Assembly (NCBI GenBank): GCA_964654535.1
Contig: CAZZIZ010000003.1
Location: forward strand, 1 to 55,909
Length of the DNA: 55,909 bases
Direction of reading: 5' to 3'
Origin: an uncultured Chitinophagales bacterium
GTDB lineage: Bacteria; Bacteroidota; Bacteroidia; Chitinophagales; UBA2359
The notes beneath the pieces are model-generated. The model made no database searches. It was given only the letters and a program-made list of their open reading frames with translations, and was not told where the DNA came from. Of this stretch, positions 51,301 to 55,909 are shown one piece after another; the first letter of the stretch is position 1, and every line of letters begins with the position of its first letter. A program made the translations under genes and the position numbers.

Positions 51301-54300
51301 CAATCAGCTTCACAGCAATGGATGATTGTGGAAACATCGCGACTACATCTGCTACATTTAGTGTAGCAGACACATCAGCTCCTGTTATAAGCAATACACC
51401 TGCAGACATTACGGTTGAATGTGATAATATCCCTGCCGCTAATGATCCAAATGCTCTTGACGTTTGTGGAAACGCAAATGTTACTTTAGATGAGAATAGC
51501 ACTCAAACATCAAATGGAACTTGTTCTGATAACTCATATGTAATAACTAGAACTTGGACAGCAACTGACGAATGTGGAAACACGTCAACTGCTTCTCAAA
51601 CCATTACTGTTGAAGATACAACAGCACCGATATTCGATGCTATTCCAGCAGACATTGCAGTATCAGCGGACAACGTTCCTGACTTTGCAGCTATACCTGC
51701 TTCGGACAACTGCGATAATGATGTTGAAGTTACTTTTGTAACTGAACAAGAGAATATTACTTGTGGATTTGTAACTACTATTACTTGGACTGCAATAGAC
51801 AACTGCGGAAACGCAAGTACAGCTACTCAAGTAGTAACTGTTACTGATGAAATTTCTGCTGAAACAACTGTAGTTGGAACAAACGATTGTTCTGGAACAG
51901 GTGTAGGAAGTGCTTCAGTTACTGTCAGTGGCGGTCAAGCTCCGTATACCTACTTATGGGATAATGGTGAGACTACAGCTACTGCAAGTCAACTTTCAGA
52001 TGGTCCTCATTCTGTAACTGTAACAGACGCTACTGGTTGTGATACCCAAGCAAGTGTAACCATTGAAGCAGCTCCTAGTCTGACAATAAACATTACTGGT
52101 GCCACACCTGTAAACTGTACCCTTAACTCAAATGGTAGCGCAACTGCTGCTCCAGTTGGAGGTGTAGGGCCTTACTCATACTTATGGGATAATGGTGAAA
52201 CTTCGCCAACAGCAATTGCATTATCTCCTGGTGTACATAACGTAACCATTACTGATGCAAACGGTTGTACCGCTGATGGTTCTGTAACTATAATAGTTCC
52301 AGATGCAATAACTGTAGAAGCAATTATGTTGACACCAAGCACTTGTAATAGTGCAACAGGTGCTGTACAAGCAATAGTAAGTGGTGGTAATCCACCTTAT
52401 AGCTACTTGTGGAGCACTGGTGGCACTTCGGATATCGAATCTGACTTAACTAATGGTGTATATACTGTAACAGTAATTGATGCAGCTGGATGTACCGGAG
52501 AAGCAACGGCAAACGTTGGTACTTCTGGAGGTGACATTGGTGTCAATGTAGCCTTGAGCAACGCAAGTTGTGACGGAGGTGGAGTTGTAACTGCAAGTGC
52601 CAACGTTGTTGGAGGCACAGGTCCTTACACTTACTTATGGTCTGATGGTTCAACCAACGCTAATAACAATGGATTGTCAATAGGCAATCACTCTGTGGTT
52701 GTTACTGACGTAAATGGCTGTACCAGTGAAGAATCATTCACTATAAGCGGTATGGAAGCCTTGTCAATCGCATTCACAACTTCGGCGGCCAGTTGTTCTG
52801 GATCTGCCAATGGTGAAGCAATAGTTTCAGTTTCAGGTGGTTCTGGTCCTTACTCATACGTTTGGTCGAATGGCCAAACTGGTCCTATCCTTACTGATGT
52901 TGATGGTGGAACTTTTACGGTGAATGTTACCGATAGTAATGGTTGTACTGGATCAGAGGAGGTAACAATCTCCGCAACTGGTACACTGGAAGCGTCTGTT
53001 TCAACTATTGATGTAACCTGCTGGTCTGGTTCTGATGGTGTTGGTACGATTACCGTAACAGGAGGAACTGCTCCTTACGAGTTCTTATGGCCGAACGAAT
53101 CAACTATCAACGAACTAGCTGGACTAGAAGCAGGAATCTATGATGTTTTAGTAACTGATAGCGAAGGCTGTTCTATGACTGTTCAAGTTGAAATTGTACA
53201 ACCGGATCAGTTAATTGGTCTTATTCCTGAAGTTACAAATGCGAGTTGTTCTGGTGATGCCGATGGTGCTGCAACCGTAACAGCTACAGGTGGTGTAACT
53301 CCTTATTCATTCTTATGGCCGAATGGTTCAACCGAAACAAGTCAATCAGGTTTGCCTGCTGGTGTAACCGTTGTACAGGTTTCTGATGCCAATGGTTGTA
53401 CTACTAACGCAACAGTATTCGTGGCTCAACCAAACAACTTATTTGGAGAAGTGTCCGTGGTTTCAAATGCCGATTGTGGTGTATTGAACGGAGCAGCTTC
53501 TATCGAAATAATTGGTGGAAACGAACCTTTCGAAGTACTCTGGTCTAATGGAAGCACATCTCTGGATGCAACAGGATTCTCTGCTGGATGGCATTCAGTT
53601 GAAGTTTCTGATGATGCCGGATGTACTTCGGTTTCGAACTTCCTGATACCAGGAAACAATGATATCGTAATCGAGGTACTTGCTACAACACCTCCGGGTT
53701 GTTCAGATGCAACTGGCGGTTCTGCATCTATCTCTATCAATGGTGGTTCAGCTCCTTACGATATACTTTGGTCAAACGGTGATACTTCTTTAACAAGTTC
53801 AAACTTGGGAACTGGAATACACACTGTTTTAGTAACAGATGCTCTAGATTGTCAGCAAGGGTTCTTAATCGAATTTGAAGAACTAGCTGAACTAGAACTT
53901 AGTTTATTAAACATTCAACCGGCGAGTTGTGCTGGAGCCAATGATGGTTCGGCAACAGTTACGGTACTCAACGGTAATGACAATTACAACTACCAATGGT
54001 CAAATGGTGACACTAGCGCAAGTTCAGAAGGACTAGCTGCTGGTAATTATACCGTTGAAGTAAGTGATAATACTGGATGCTCTGCATCTATTGATGTTAC
54101 AATTGAAGAATTGGGCTCACTCTTCATTGTTGAAGAAGGAACTCAGTCTACTTGTGATCAACAAGCATTTGGAAGTATTGATATCAACGTAGGTAATGGA
54201 TCAGCTCCGTTCACCTACAGCTGGAGTAACGGAGAAACTACTCAAGACATTAGTGGTCTCGTTTCAGGTGCTTATGAAGTAATGATATCTGATGCCAACG

Positions 54301-55909
54301 GATGTACAGCTTCTCAAGAGTTCATAATTTTCAATGAAAGTTGTGCTACTGACGTTGAACTAAGTATGTCAGTTGATATTACTGAGGTGGCCCCTGGAGA
54401 CATCGTTACTTATACTATTGAAGTATTTAACAACGGTGCTGGTGTTGCACTAGACTTAGAAGTTGAAGATATACTTCCAGCTGGATTAATATTCCAAGCT
54501 CAATCTGCTACCGAAGGTAGTTACGATAGCGCTACAGGAATTTGGACTATTGGTGATCTAGCGATTTCAGCTTCCGAAACCTTAACTATAACTGCTTTAG
54601 TACAATCTATTGATTCTCCTATTATCAACTTTGCTCAAGTATCGGCTCACAGTAATGCTGATGTTGATTCTGAGCCAGGTAATAATACCACGAGCGATGC
54701 AATGGAAGATGATGAAGCAGTAGCGGTAATCTTCCCTAATGGAGAAGTAGGTAGCCAGACTGGCGATTTTGACTTGGCTTTGAACCTGTCAGTCTTCAGT
54801 CAGTCTTCTACACCACTTATAGCTGGTTCAAGTACAGTAACCTTCGCAATAGAAGTATTTAACCAAGGTGGAGTGGATGCATTCGGTATAGAAATTACCG
54901 ATTACATACCAACATCTGGTCTAACACTTAACGATTCAAACTGGACTGTTGGTGCAAATGGTTTTGCTACCTACAACTTCCCAGTAAACGTTCCAGCTGG
55001 AGCTTCTCAACAAATACTAATTACTTTCGATGTTGATGCATCTGCAAGTGGTACTTTCGAAAACTTCGCAGAAATTTCTGCTGGCTCAGATATTACACAA
55101 ACGGCTATCGATATCGATTCTAATCCTGACAATGTCAACAATGATCTATTTGTAGATGATGTATTAACTGATGACGGCACAATCGATGAAGATGATCACG
55201 ATATAGCTTCTGTACAAGTTATTGCAAATGGTGCAGGTACTACCGATGGTTCTGACGACGATACTGGCGGAATGCTAGCATCCGGTACAGATACCGCTGG
55301 AGGTACAGCAACCGATGATGCTACTACTGGAATGGGCATCACCACTGACGGTGGTGATACCGGAGTAACTACCGATGGTGGTGATACTGGTACATTTACA
55401 GACGGCACTGACACAGGTGTTGCTACTGACGGTACTGACACTGGAGTTGCTACTGATGGCACTGACACTGGAACTACAGACGGTGGTGACACTGGAGAAA
55501 ATACAGACGGTGGCGCAACAGACGGAGTAAACACTACAACCGGTGGAAGCGGCACAACTGGTGGCGGCGGAAGCGGTGTATTCGTAGACAGCGATAACGA
55601 CGGTATTTCTGATGAAGATGAAGGAACGGGAGATAGTGATTTCGACGGTATCCCAGATTACCTTGATACTGATAGTGATGATGATGGTTTCTCTGATGCT
55701 CTAGAAGGTACGGGAGATGCAGATAATGACGGCGTTCCTGACTACTTAGATCCAGATCTTGACGACCAAGACGGTGACGGAATCCCTGATTCTGTTGAAG
55801 GTCCAGGTGATGAAGACAACGATGGTATCCCTAACGTCTTGGATACTGATTCAGACGGAGACGGAACACCTGATAGTGTTGAAGGTCTTGGAGATTCAGA
55901 CGGTGACGG
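36387..55909 (+). CDS. Giant multi-domain surface adhesin-like protein, 3' partial (at least 6,507 codons; runs off the window)
   Basis: First ATG after an in-frame TAA at 36351, followed by a signal peptide. I checked the frame by hand at 37611, 44862 and 55851, and it is open to the last base. The ORF is not in the supplied track, presumably because it has no stop in the window. Domain order is NHL-like propeller, ~50 four-Cys modules, 11 SprB repeats, DUF11-like x2, TSP3-like repeats. Confidence 0.9.
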   Translation, partial: MISVTFLKRGLGRWPLFLLVFLIVGLQDLNAQQPSECSCDEYLYLNDFQTDVIHKFRVNQDGSTTEIGNPWATGINNPHGIGLDPNGFLYVAELGGETHRLNCDGQILDSSATDNSSGTLNHVVIGNHIFYNRAGQILAYNLCSGNFVGRLCYNNNGRAAWGFQLGPDGMFYVTDNFEGGMANGAPNEGSVFRLSADLADYTAGSCSTTYAPFIDGLGGLRGVTVDNQGNVYVAQRDPDNAILKFNSAGQLLDTLVDNANDQVGFNNLFALVYVESVDLIYLSSWFDDCIGIVDPNTLTYTGAAVPWFPGTSAKAMGVITECCPISIQPDTTVAVCDNPVSRLILREYLPCDNVCAGDWNRTSGIGGFFDSCTLEFIPDENTTDTQFCFSRPDHPNNFCGGIDFCINFQLQCCELEIDQEAVDQTVQCDGTLDDFQAWLNNNGNAQLGGNAAADVHWTNNYNGNFNFTCGGAGSFTVTFTATASCGSEVSTEATFTILDTNPPVISTQASNQAVNCDGSGNTAALNAWLNSNGGASATDLCGGVTWTNNFSGSTNDCGATGVANVTFFATDNCGNTATTHGLFTIRDNAPPAVTSQAQDISVECDGNGNTAALNAWLSSNGGANASDDCSNVTWTNNFDANNSFAICDGTAGTATVTFTGSDQCGNAVTTQGTFTIVDALNPVITQAPSNASVQCDGNGNQNDLANWLANNGGSSASDQCSGTDLIWTNDYNPNNFIQGCGASGEVLVIFTATDACGNNTTAQATFEIIDNTNPTISSPAVSAVVECDGNGNTTDLNNWLNNNGGAQSTDQCSGSEITWTNNYSPNNFNTECGAAGSVLVRFTAIDDCGNSVSSTATFTIEDTTDPAIGSNPQDLVVECDGSGNTNQLNNWLNNNGGATSSDSCSPNNQIVWSNDYTPGSFPFDCGASGVLNVTFTATDDCGNATSAQATFTIEDTTDPFIDGNGALDMTVECDGNGNLGDLQAWLNNNGGADFSDVCSGSSISFTNNYNPNGNNGGNNGAVFVDCNGLSVNDPNAIGIGGSVLVTFTGSDECGNSFDTQATFTIEDTIPPSIDTEAQDLTVECDGEGNLDDLAAFLASNGGASASDICSGLDSDGNGNITWTNDFNPGDLVYDCGSAGDVLVTFTATDNCGNASNTQATFTIEDDTPPTIDTQAQDVTVECDGSGNTSDLADFLNSNGGADASDTCSDTSLAGTGNTDIVWTNDYNPANFVRTCGAAGSVLVTFTATDDCGNTSDSPATFTIVDTIDPSIDSQPQDITVECDGSGNTTELNNWLNNNGGATASDVCSMNSDIVWSHDFTPGTFPFTCGASGSLLVTFTATDDCGNDTSAQATFTIEDTTAPFIDGNGALDLTVECDGNGNVGELQSFLNSNGGADIDDLCSGSNLVWTNNYNPNGNNGGNNGAVFFDCNGLSVDNPNAIGIGGSVLVTFTATDDCGNSFDTEATFTIEDSTPPSIDTDAQDLTVQCDGEGNLDDLAAFLASNGGASASDICSGLDSDGSGNVTWSNDFNPGDLVYDCGSAGEVLVTFTATDNCGNASDTQATFTIEDDTAPTIDTEAQDVTVECDGNGNQSDLADFLNNNGGANASDLCSDTSLAGTGNTDIVWTNDYNPNNFNITCGAAGSVLVTFTATDDCGNTSDTEATFTIRDTIDPVIDGAGASDLTVECDGNGNTGDLQSFLDSNGGATASDVCSGSDIVWTNNLEDGTGGSNGVGVVYFDCDGLEINDPNELTAGGALTVIFTATDDCGNSTNTEATFTIEDTTPPSIDGEAQDLTVECDGEGNLSDLQDFLNNNGGASASDICSGLDSGADAGVVWTNDFNPGDLVYDCGFAGDVLVTFTATDNCGNSSDTEATFTIEDSNGPTIDAEATDVTVECDGNGNADDLANFLNSNGGASASDECSNSDAGGNGTDDIVWTNDYVPGALVFDCGAAGSILVTFTATDECGNSTDTQATFTIEDTIDPVIDGNGAQDLTVECDGNGNLGELQTYLDNNGGATASDICSGSNVTWTHDYNPGDLVFDCGAAGDATITFTATDDCGNSSTTSATFTIVDTLSPVIDGPGAQDLSVECDGNGNFNELQSWLGNNGGAIVTDECSAVTWSNDFTALSDDCGASGSVTVNFTAQDDCGNSVSTSATFTIRDTVSPVIPGGGATDLVVECDGAGNQAQLNEWLNNNGGATATDVCSSVVWTHDFVANNIVFDCGGAGDATVTFTATDDCGNSSTTEASFIIEDTSSPEFTLEAADLTVECDGSGNGTDLQNWLASNAGAQVIEDCGDVAWTNNFSALSDDCGSSGSVSVTFTATDDCGNASTTSGVFTIVDTTLPTITVSPTDLTVECDGDGNLTELNNWLNNNGGASASDICGQVVWSNDFTQNSIQLDCGNSGSATIVFTATDDCGNSVTDSATFTIQDSSNPVISANANNVTVECDGAGNASDLQNWLNNNGGASASDDCSDVTWTNDFTALSDDCGASGSIQVTFTASDDCGNSTSTTGVFTIEDTTEPTIQGPGAQDLTVECDGNGNTAQLNEWLNNNGGATATDICGAIVWSNDYQPANTITDCGEAGDVTVVFTATDDCGNSSNTSAIFSIVDTSSPEFTTEASDLTVECDGSGNFSDLQTWLSNNGGATVIEDCGNVIWSNDFSALSDDCGASGSVQVIFTATDDCGNSDTSTGVFSITDTTDPTIDTQASDITFECDGNGNQDEINAWLNSNGGAAATDICGSISWSNDFDSNLIELDCGNAGTAQVTFTATDACGNASTSLATLTISDTNAPQISVNALDATAECDGAGNFTELSAWLNNNGGASASDDCGDVVWSNDFSALSDDCGATGSVQVTFTATDDCGNAASTSGTFTIQDTTPPTVSQQAAPITLECDGAGNTAEVQAWLNDNGGAVVTDICSTVVWTNDFDGNITVDCGASGSTTVTFTATDACGNVITSIAILTIEDTTSPTVTIEAADATVECDGAGNFNDLQVWLNNNGGAAVADDCSDVVWTNDFSALSDECGATGSVSVSFTATDDCGNTTSTDATFSITDTSAPSIDVQSSDLTIECDGNGNESEINAWLNSNGGAASTDICGAVAWTNDFDANLIQLDCGNAGSAQVTFTATDACGNASTSVSTITIADTSAPQITVTAQDATVECDGAGNIDDLATWLNSNGGAAAADDCSDVVWSNDFSALSDDCGATGSVQVTFTATDDCGNAESTTGTFTIQDTTPPSLTEQAAPITLECDGAGNTAEVQAWLNDNGGAVVTDLCSTVIWTNDFDGNITADCGNSGSATVNFTATDACGNVITSTTTLTIEDTTSPTVTIEAADATVECDGAGNFNDLQAWLNNNGGAAVADDCSNVVWTNDFSALSDECGATGSVSVSFTATDDCGNATSTDAIFSITDSSAPSIDVQSSDLTLECDGNGNEAEINAWLNSNGGAASTDLCGAVAWTNDFDANLIQIDCGNAGSAQVTFTATDACGNASTSVATVTIADTSAPQITISAENTTVECDGAGNIDDLTIWLNSNGGAAAADNCSDVVWSNDFSALSDDCGATGSVQVTFTATDDCGNAESTTGTFTIQDTTPPSLTQQAAPITLECDGAGNTAEVQAWLNNNGGAVVTDLCSTVIWTNDFDGNITADCGNSGSSTVTFTATDACGNVITSSADLVIEDTTSPTVTIEAADAIVECDGSGNAGDLQAWLNNNGGAAVADDCSNVVWTNDFSALSDECGATGSVSVSFTATDDCGNTSSTDATFTIADTSAPSIDVQSSDLTLECDGNGNEAEINAWLNSNGGAASTDLCGAIAWTNDYDANLIQLDCGNAGSALVTFTATDACGNTNTTEATLTIADTTAPQFTIAASDAVVECDGAGNAGDLQNWLNNNGGAAAADNCSEIIWSNDFNALSDDCGAAGSVQVTFTATDECGNAESSTATFTIEDTTAPVIDQEADTLTVECDGAGNEAEIQSWLNNNGNAIVSDLCGSVVWTNDYNGTINADCGQSGSITVNFTATDDCGNPVSTTGTIIIEDTTSPVFTIDASDVTVECDGSGNSTDLQAWLNNNGGSSVADDCGDVVWSNDFNALSDGCGASGSVEVTFTATDDCGNSASDSAVFTIEDNTAPIVTTDASDIILECGADNETAINNWLNSNGGAVANDVCGAIEWSNDYDGSLSNIVCGQSGSATVTFTATDACGNPIETTATFTLEDNTAPTISIVASDLTVECDGNGNTTELQNWLDSNGGSAAADSCGDIVWSNDFTSLSDDCGASGEVEVTFTATDECGNSDSSSATFTVQDSAIPEVTSDATDLTVECNDEADAAIQVWLDNNGGAVASDICSNVTWTNDFTTVSGGCGNAGSATVNFTAADACGNLVTTTAVLTIEDTSPPLLVTQASDLVSECSGPLDETAINAWLDDNGGADATDVCGDVTWSNDFTGLTADCGETAFALVTFTATDDCGNIATTSANYIIEDTTLPDFAINANDITVECDGAGNVTELQDWLNSNGGSSASDLCSNIVWTNDFNELDGDCGASGSVEVTFTATDDCGNSAESTATFTIVDSTPPSLDTEASDTTVICDGSGNETELNNWLDNQGGAQVTELCGDITWTNDFDGLSIECGNTGSATVTFTATDECGNVANTTATFGVEDTSDPVFSIEAEDLIVECDGSGNADDFATWLNGNGGAAAADDCGSIEWSNDFNGLSDECGETGSATVTFTATDECGNSSSSTATIEIIDTTPPAISAEATSLLTECEADGNSAELDAWLDSNGGATATDLCGSVTWTHDFTTLTDGCGASGTATVTFTATDDCGNESSTTTELSIVDNTPPFFITDAAPISLDCTDLENSSQLQAWLDNNGGAVAEDNCGTVSWANDFIEANVSCDPSQAVTVTFVATDDCGNSAITSAAVSVLDNDAPSITLEAVDQVVECDGNGNINELQAWLDNNGGASANDACGTVTWSNDYDGQVDTSCDASHTISFTAMDDCGNIATTSATFSVADTSAPVISNTPADITVECDNIPAANDPNALDVCGNANVTLDENSTQTSNGTCSDNSYVITRTWTATDECGNTSTASQTITVEDTTAPIFDAIPADIAVSADNVPDFAAIPASDNCDNDVEVTFVTEQENITCGFVTTITWTAIDNCGNASTATQVVTVTDEISAETTVVGTNDCSGTGVGSASVTVSGGQAPYTYLWDNGETTATASQLSDGPHSVTVTDATGCDTQASVTIEAAPSLTINITGATPVNCTLNSNGSATAAPVGGVGPYSYLWDNGETSPTAIALSPGVHNVTITDANGCTADGSVTIIVPDAITVEAIMLTPSTCNSATGAVQAIVSGGNPPYSYLWSTGGTSDIESDLTNGVYTVTVIDAAGCTGEATANVGTSGGDIGVNVALSNASCDGGGVVTASANVVGGTGPYTYLWSDGSTNANNNGLSIGNHSVVVTDVNGCTSEESFTISGMEALSIAFTTSAASCSGSANGEAIVSVSGGSGPYSYVWSNGQTGPILTDVDGGTFTVNVTDSNGCTGSEEVTISATGTLEASVSTIDVTCWSGSDGVGTITVTGGTAPYEFLWPNESTINELAGLEAGIYDVLVTDSEGCSMTVQVEIVQPDQLIGLIPEVTNASCSGDADGAATVTATGGVTPYSFLWPNGSTETSQSGLPAGVTVVQVSDANGCTTNATVFVAQPNNLFGEVSVVSNADCGVLNGAASIEIIGGNEPFEVLWSNGSTSLDATGFSAGWHSVEVSDDAGCTSVSNFLIPGNNDIVIEVLATTPPGCSDATGGSASISINGGSAPYDILWSNGDTSLTSSNLGTGIHTVLVTDALDCQQGFLIEFEELAELELSLLNIQPASCAGANDGSATVTVLNGNDNYNYQWSNGDTSASSEGLAAGNYTVEVSDNTGCSASIDVTIEELGSLFIVEEGTQSTCDQQAFGSIDINVGNGSAPFTYSWSNGETTQDISGLVSGAYEVMISDANGCTASQEFIIFNESCATDVELSMSVDITEVAPGDIVTYTIEVFNNGAGVALDLEVEDILPAGLIFQAQSATEGSYDSATGIWTIGDLAISASETLTITALVQSIDSPIINFAQVSAHSNADVDSEPGNNTTSDAMEDDEAVAVIFPNGEVGSQTGDFDLALNLSVFSQSSTPLIAGSSTVTFAIEVFNQGGVDAFGIEITDYIPTSGLTLNDSNWTVGANGFATYNFPVNVPAGASQQILITFDVDASASGTFENFAEISAGSDITQTAIDIDSNPDNVNNDLFVDDVLTDDGTIDEDDHDIASVQVIANGAGTTDGSDDDTGGMLASGTDTAGGTATDDATTGMGITTDGGDTGVTTDGGDTGTFTDGTDTGVATDGTDTGVATDGTDTGTTDGGDTGENTDGGATDGVNTTTGGSGTTGGGGSGVFVDSDNDGISDEDEGTGDSDFDGIPDYLDTDSDDDGFSDALEGTGDADNDGVPDYLDPDLDDQDGDGIPDSVEGPGDEDNDGIPNVLDTDSDGDGTPDSVEGLGDSDGD
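36489..37347 (+). other. NHL-repeat-like beta-propeller region of the giant protein
   Basis: Repeated blade motifs [43 protein letters not shown] and [16 protein letters not shown]. Confidence 0.6.
37630..51835 (+). repeat. Tandem array of ~50 four-cysteine ~90-aa modules (HYR/Ig-like C-terminal half), plus 2 divergent terminal modules
   Basis: The anchor (E/Q/N)CDG(x)GN recurs 50 times at 260-340-nt spacing. Consensus: ECDGNGN...L..WL.NNGGA.A.D.C..V.W.ND......[14 protein letters not shown].....ATFTI.DT..P. Confidence 0.85.
44862..48056 (+). repeat. Higher-order repeat: 3 x 1,065 bp, each unit being four modules
   Basis: GA(C/T)GATTG...GTAGTTTGGTC.AATGACTTTAGCGCT recurs at 44862, 45927, 46992 and 48057. 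Units are about 85-90% identical by eye. A more diverged 1,071-bp unit precedes at 43791. Confidence 0.85.
51840..54345 (+). repeat. Array of 11 SprB-type repeats in the giant protein
   Basis: Examples: [17 protein letters not shown]...[26 protein letters not shown]...ITDANGC. Eleven GGxxPYxYxW-type anchors were counted. Confidence 0.8.
54350..55200 (+). other. Two DUF11-like (conserved repeat domain) beta-sandwich domains
   Basis: [45 protein letters not shown]...[18 protein letters not shown], and DLALNLSV...[29 protein letters not shown]. Each is followed by a D.DS.P.N acidic stretch. Confidence 0.65.
55577..55909 (+). repeat. Thrombospondin type 3-like calcium-binding Asp-rich repeats; they continue beyond the window
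   Basis: [86 protein letters not shown]. Confidence 0.7.

Noticed and set aside
37630-54345. Regular 260-340-bp periodicity, which could superficially suggest a CRISPR-like or satellite array
   Set aside because: The period is a multiple of 3 and lies in one continuous ORF. The conserved parts are codons for Cys, Gly and Asp motifs. There are no short identical direct repeats with unique spacers.
37367-55555. A ladder of about 45 minus-strand ORFs (60-229 aa) across the giant gene, many containing PSHSTV and APPLLFNQ-type strings
   Set aside because: They are the antisense reading of the repeated modules. PSHSTV is the reverse complement of the TVECDG codons, and the NQ-type strings are the reverse of the WLN region. 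They are interrupted every few hundred nt, have no independent starts or signals, and recur only because the sense repeat recurs. The plus-strand frame is open for 19.5 kb with coherent domain grammar.
27704-55909. The idea that the repeat arrays are targets of a diversity-generating retroelement, an invertible promoter or other programmed variation system
   Set aside because: The window has no reverse transcriptase, recombinase or invertase gene. It has no template-repeat/variable-repeat pair with adenine-specific differences and no inverted repeats flanking the leader. Differences between units look like ordinary, largely synonymous divergence.

Overview
The window looks like a Bacteroidota chromosomal segment, probably Flavobacteriia-like. 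This is inferred from T9SS type A and type B C-terminal sorting domains, SprB repeats, a YtxJ-type bacillithiol protein and very tight gene packing. Bases 1-27,300 hold compact housekeeping genes: NUDIX, pyrE, saccharopine dehydrogenase, acyl-CoA carboxyltransferase, mpl, lipA, tdk, Kdo transferase, cyclophilin, a 2-oxoacid dehydrogenase E2 and cinA. Several thioredoxin-fold proteins and one SRP RNA gene, which the ORF track masks, also lie here. Bases 27,704-55,909, half the window, are taken up by two tandem giant surface-protein genes. The first is a complete 2,884-aa gene with 28 SprB repeats and a T9SS type B sorting domain. The second starts 28 nt downstream, stays open to the window edge (at least 6,507 codons) and is absent from the ORF track. 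It encodes an NHL-like propeller, about 50 tandem ~90-aa four-cysteine modules, 11 SprB repeats, DUF11-like domains and TSP3-like calcium-binding repeats. Both giants contain higher-order nucleotide repeats with periods of 642, ~468, 1,209/930 and 1,065 bp. The other unexplained structure is a composite non-coding repeat family with three copies. Each copy starts 14-39 nt after a stop codon, in the same orientation as the upstream gene. One copy carries a nested 253-bp inverted-repeat element and a 19-bp tandem array. I found no defense, toxin-antitoxin, CRISPR, integrase or reverse-transcriptase genes. All product calls rest on motif recognition by eye, and no database search was run.
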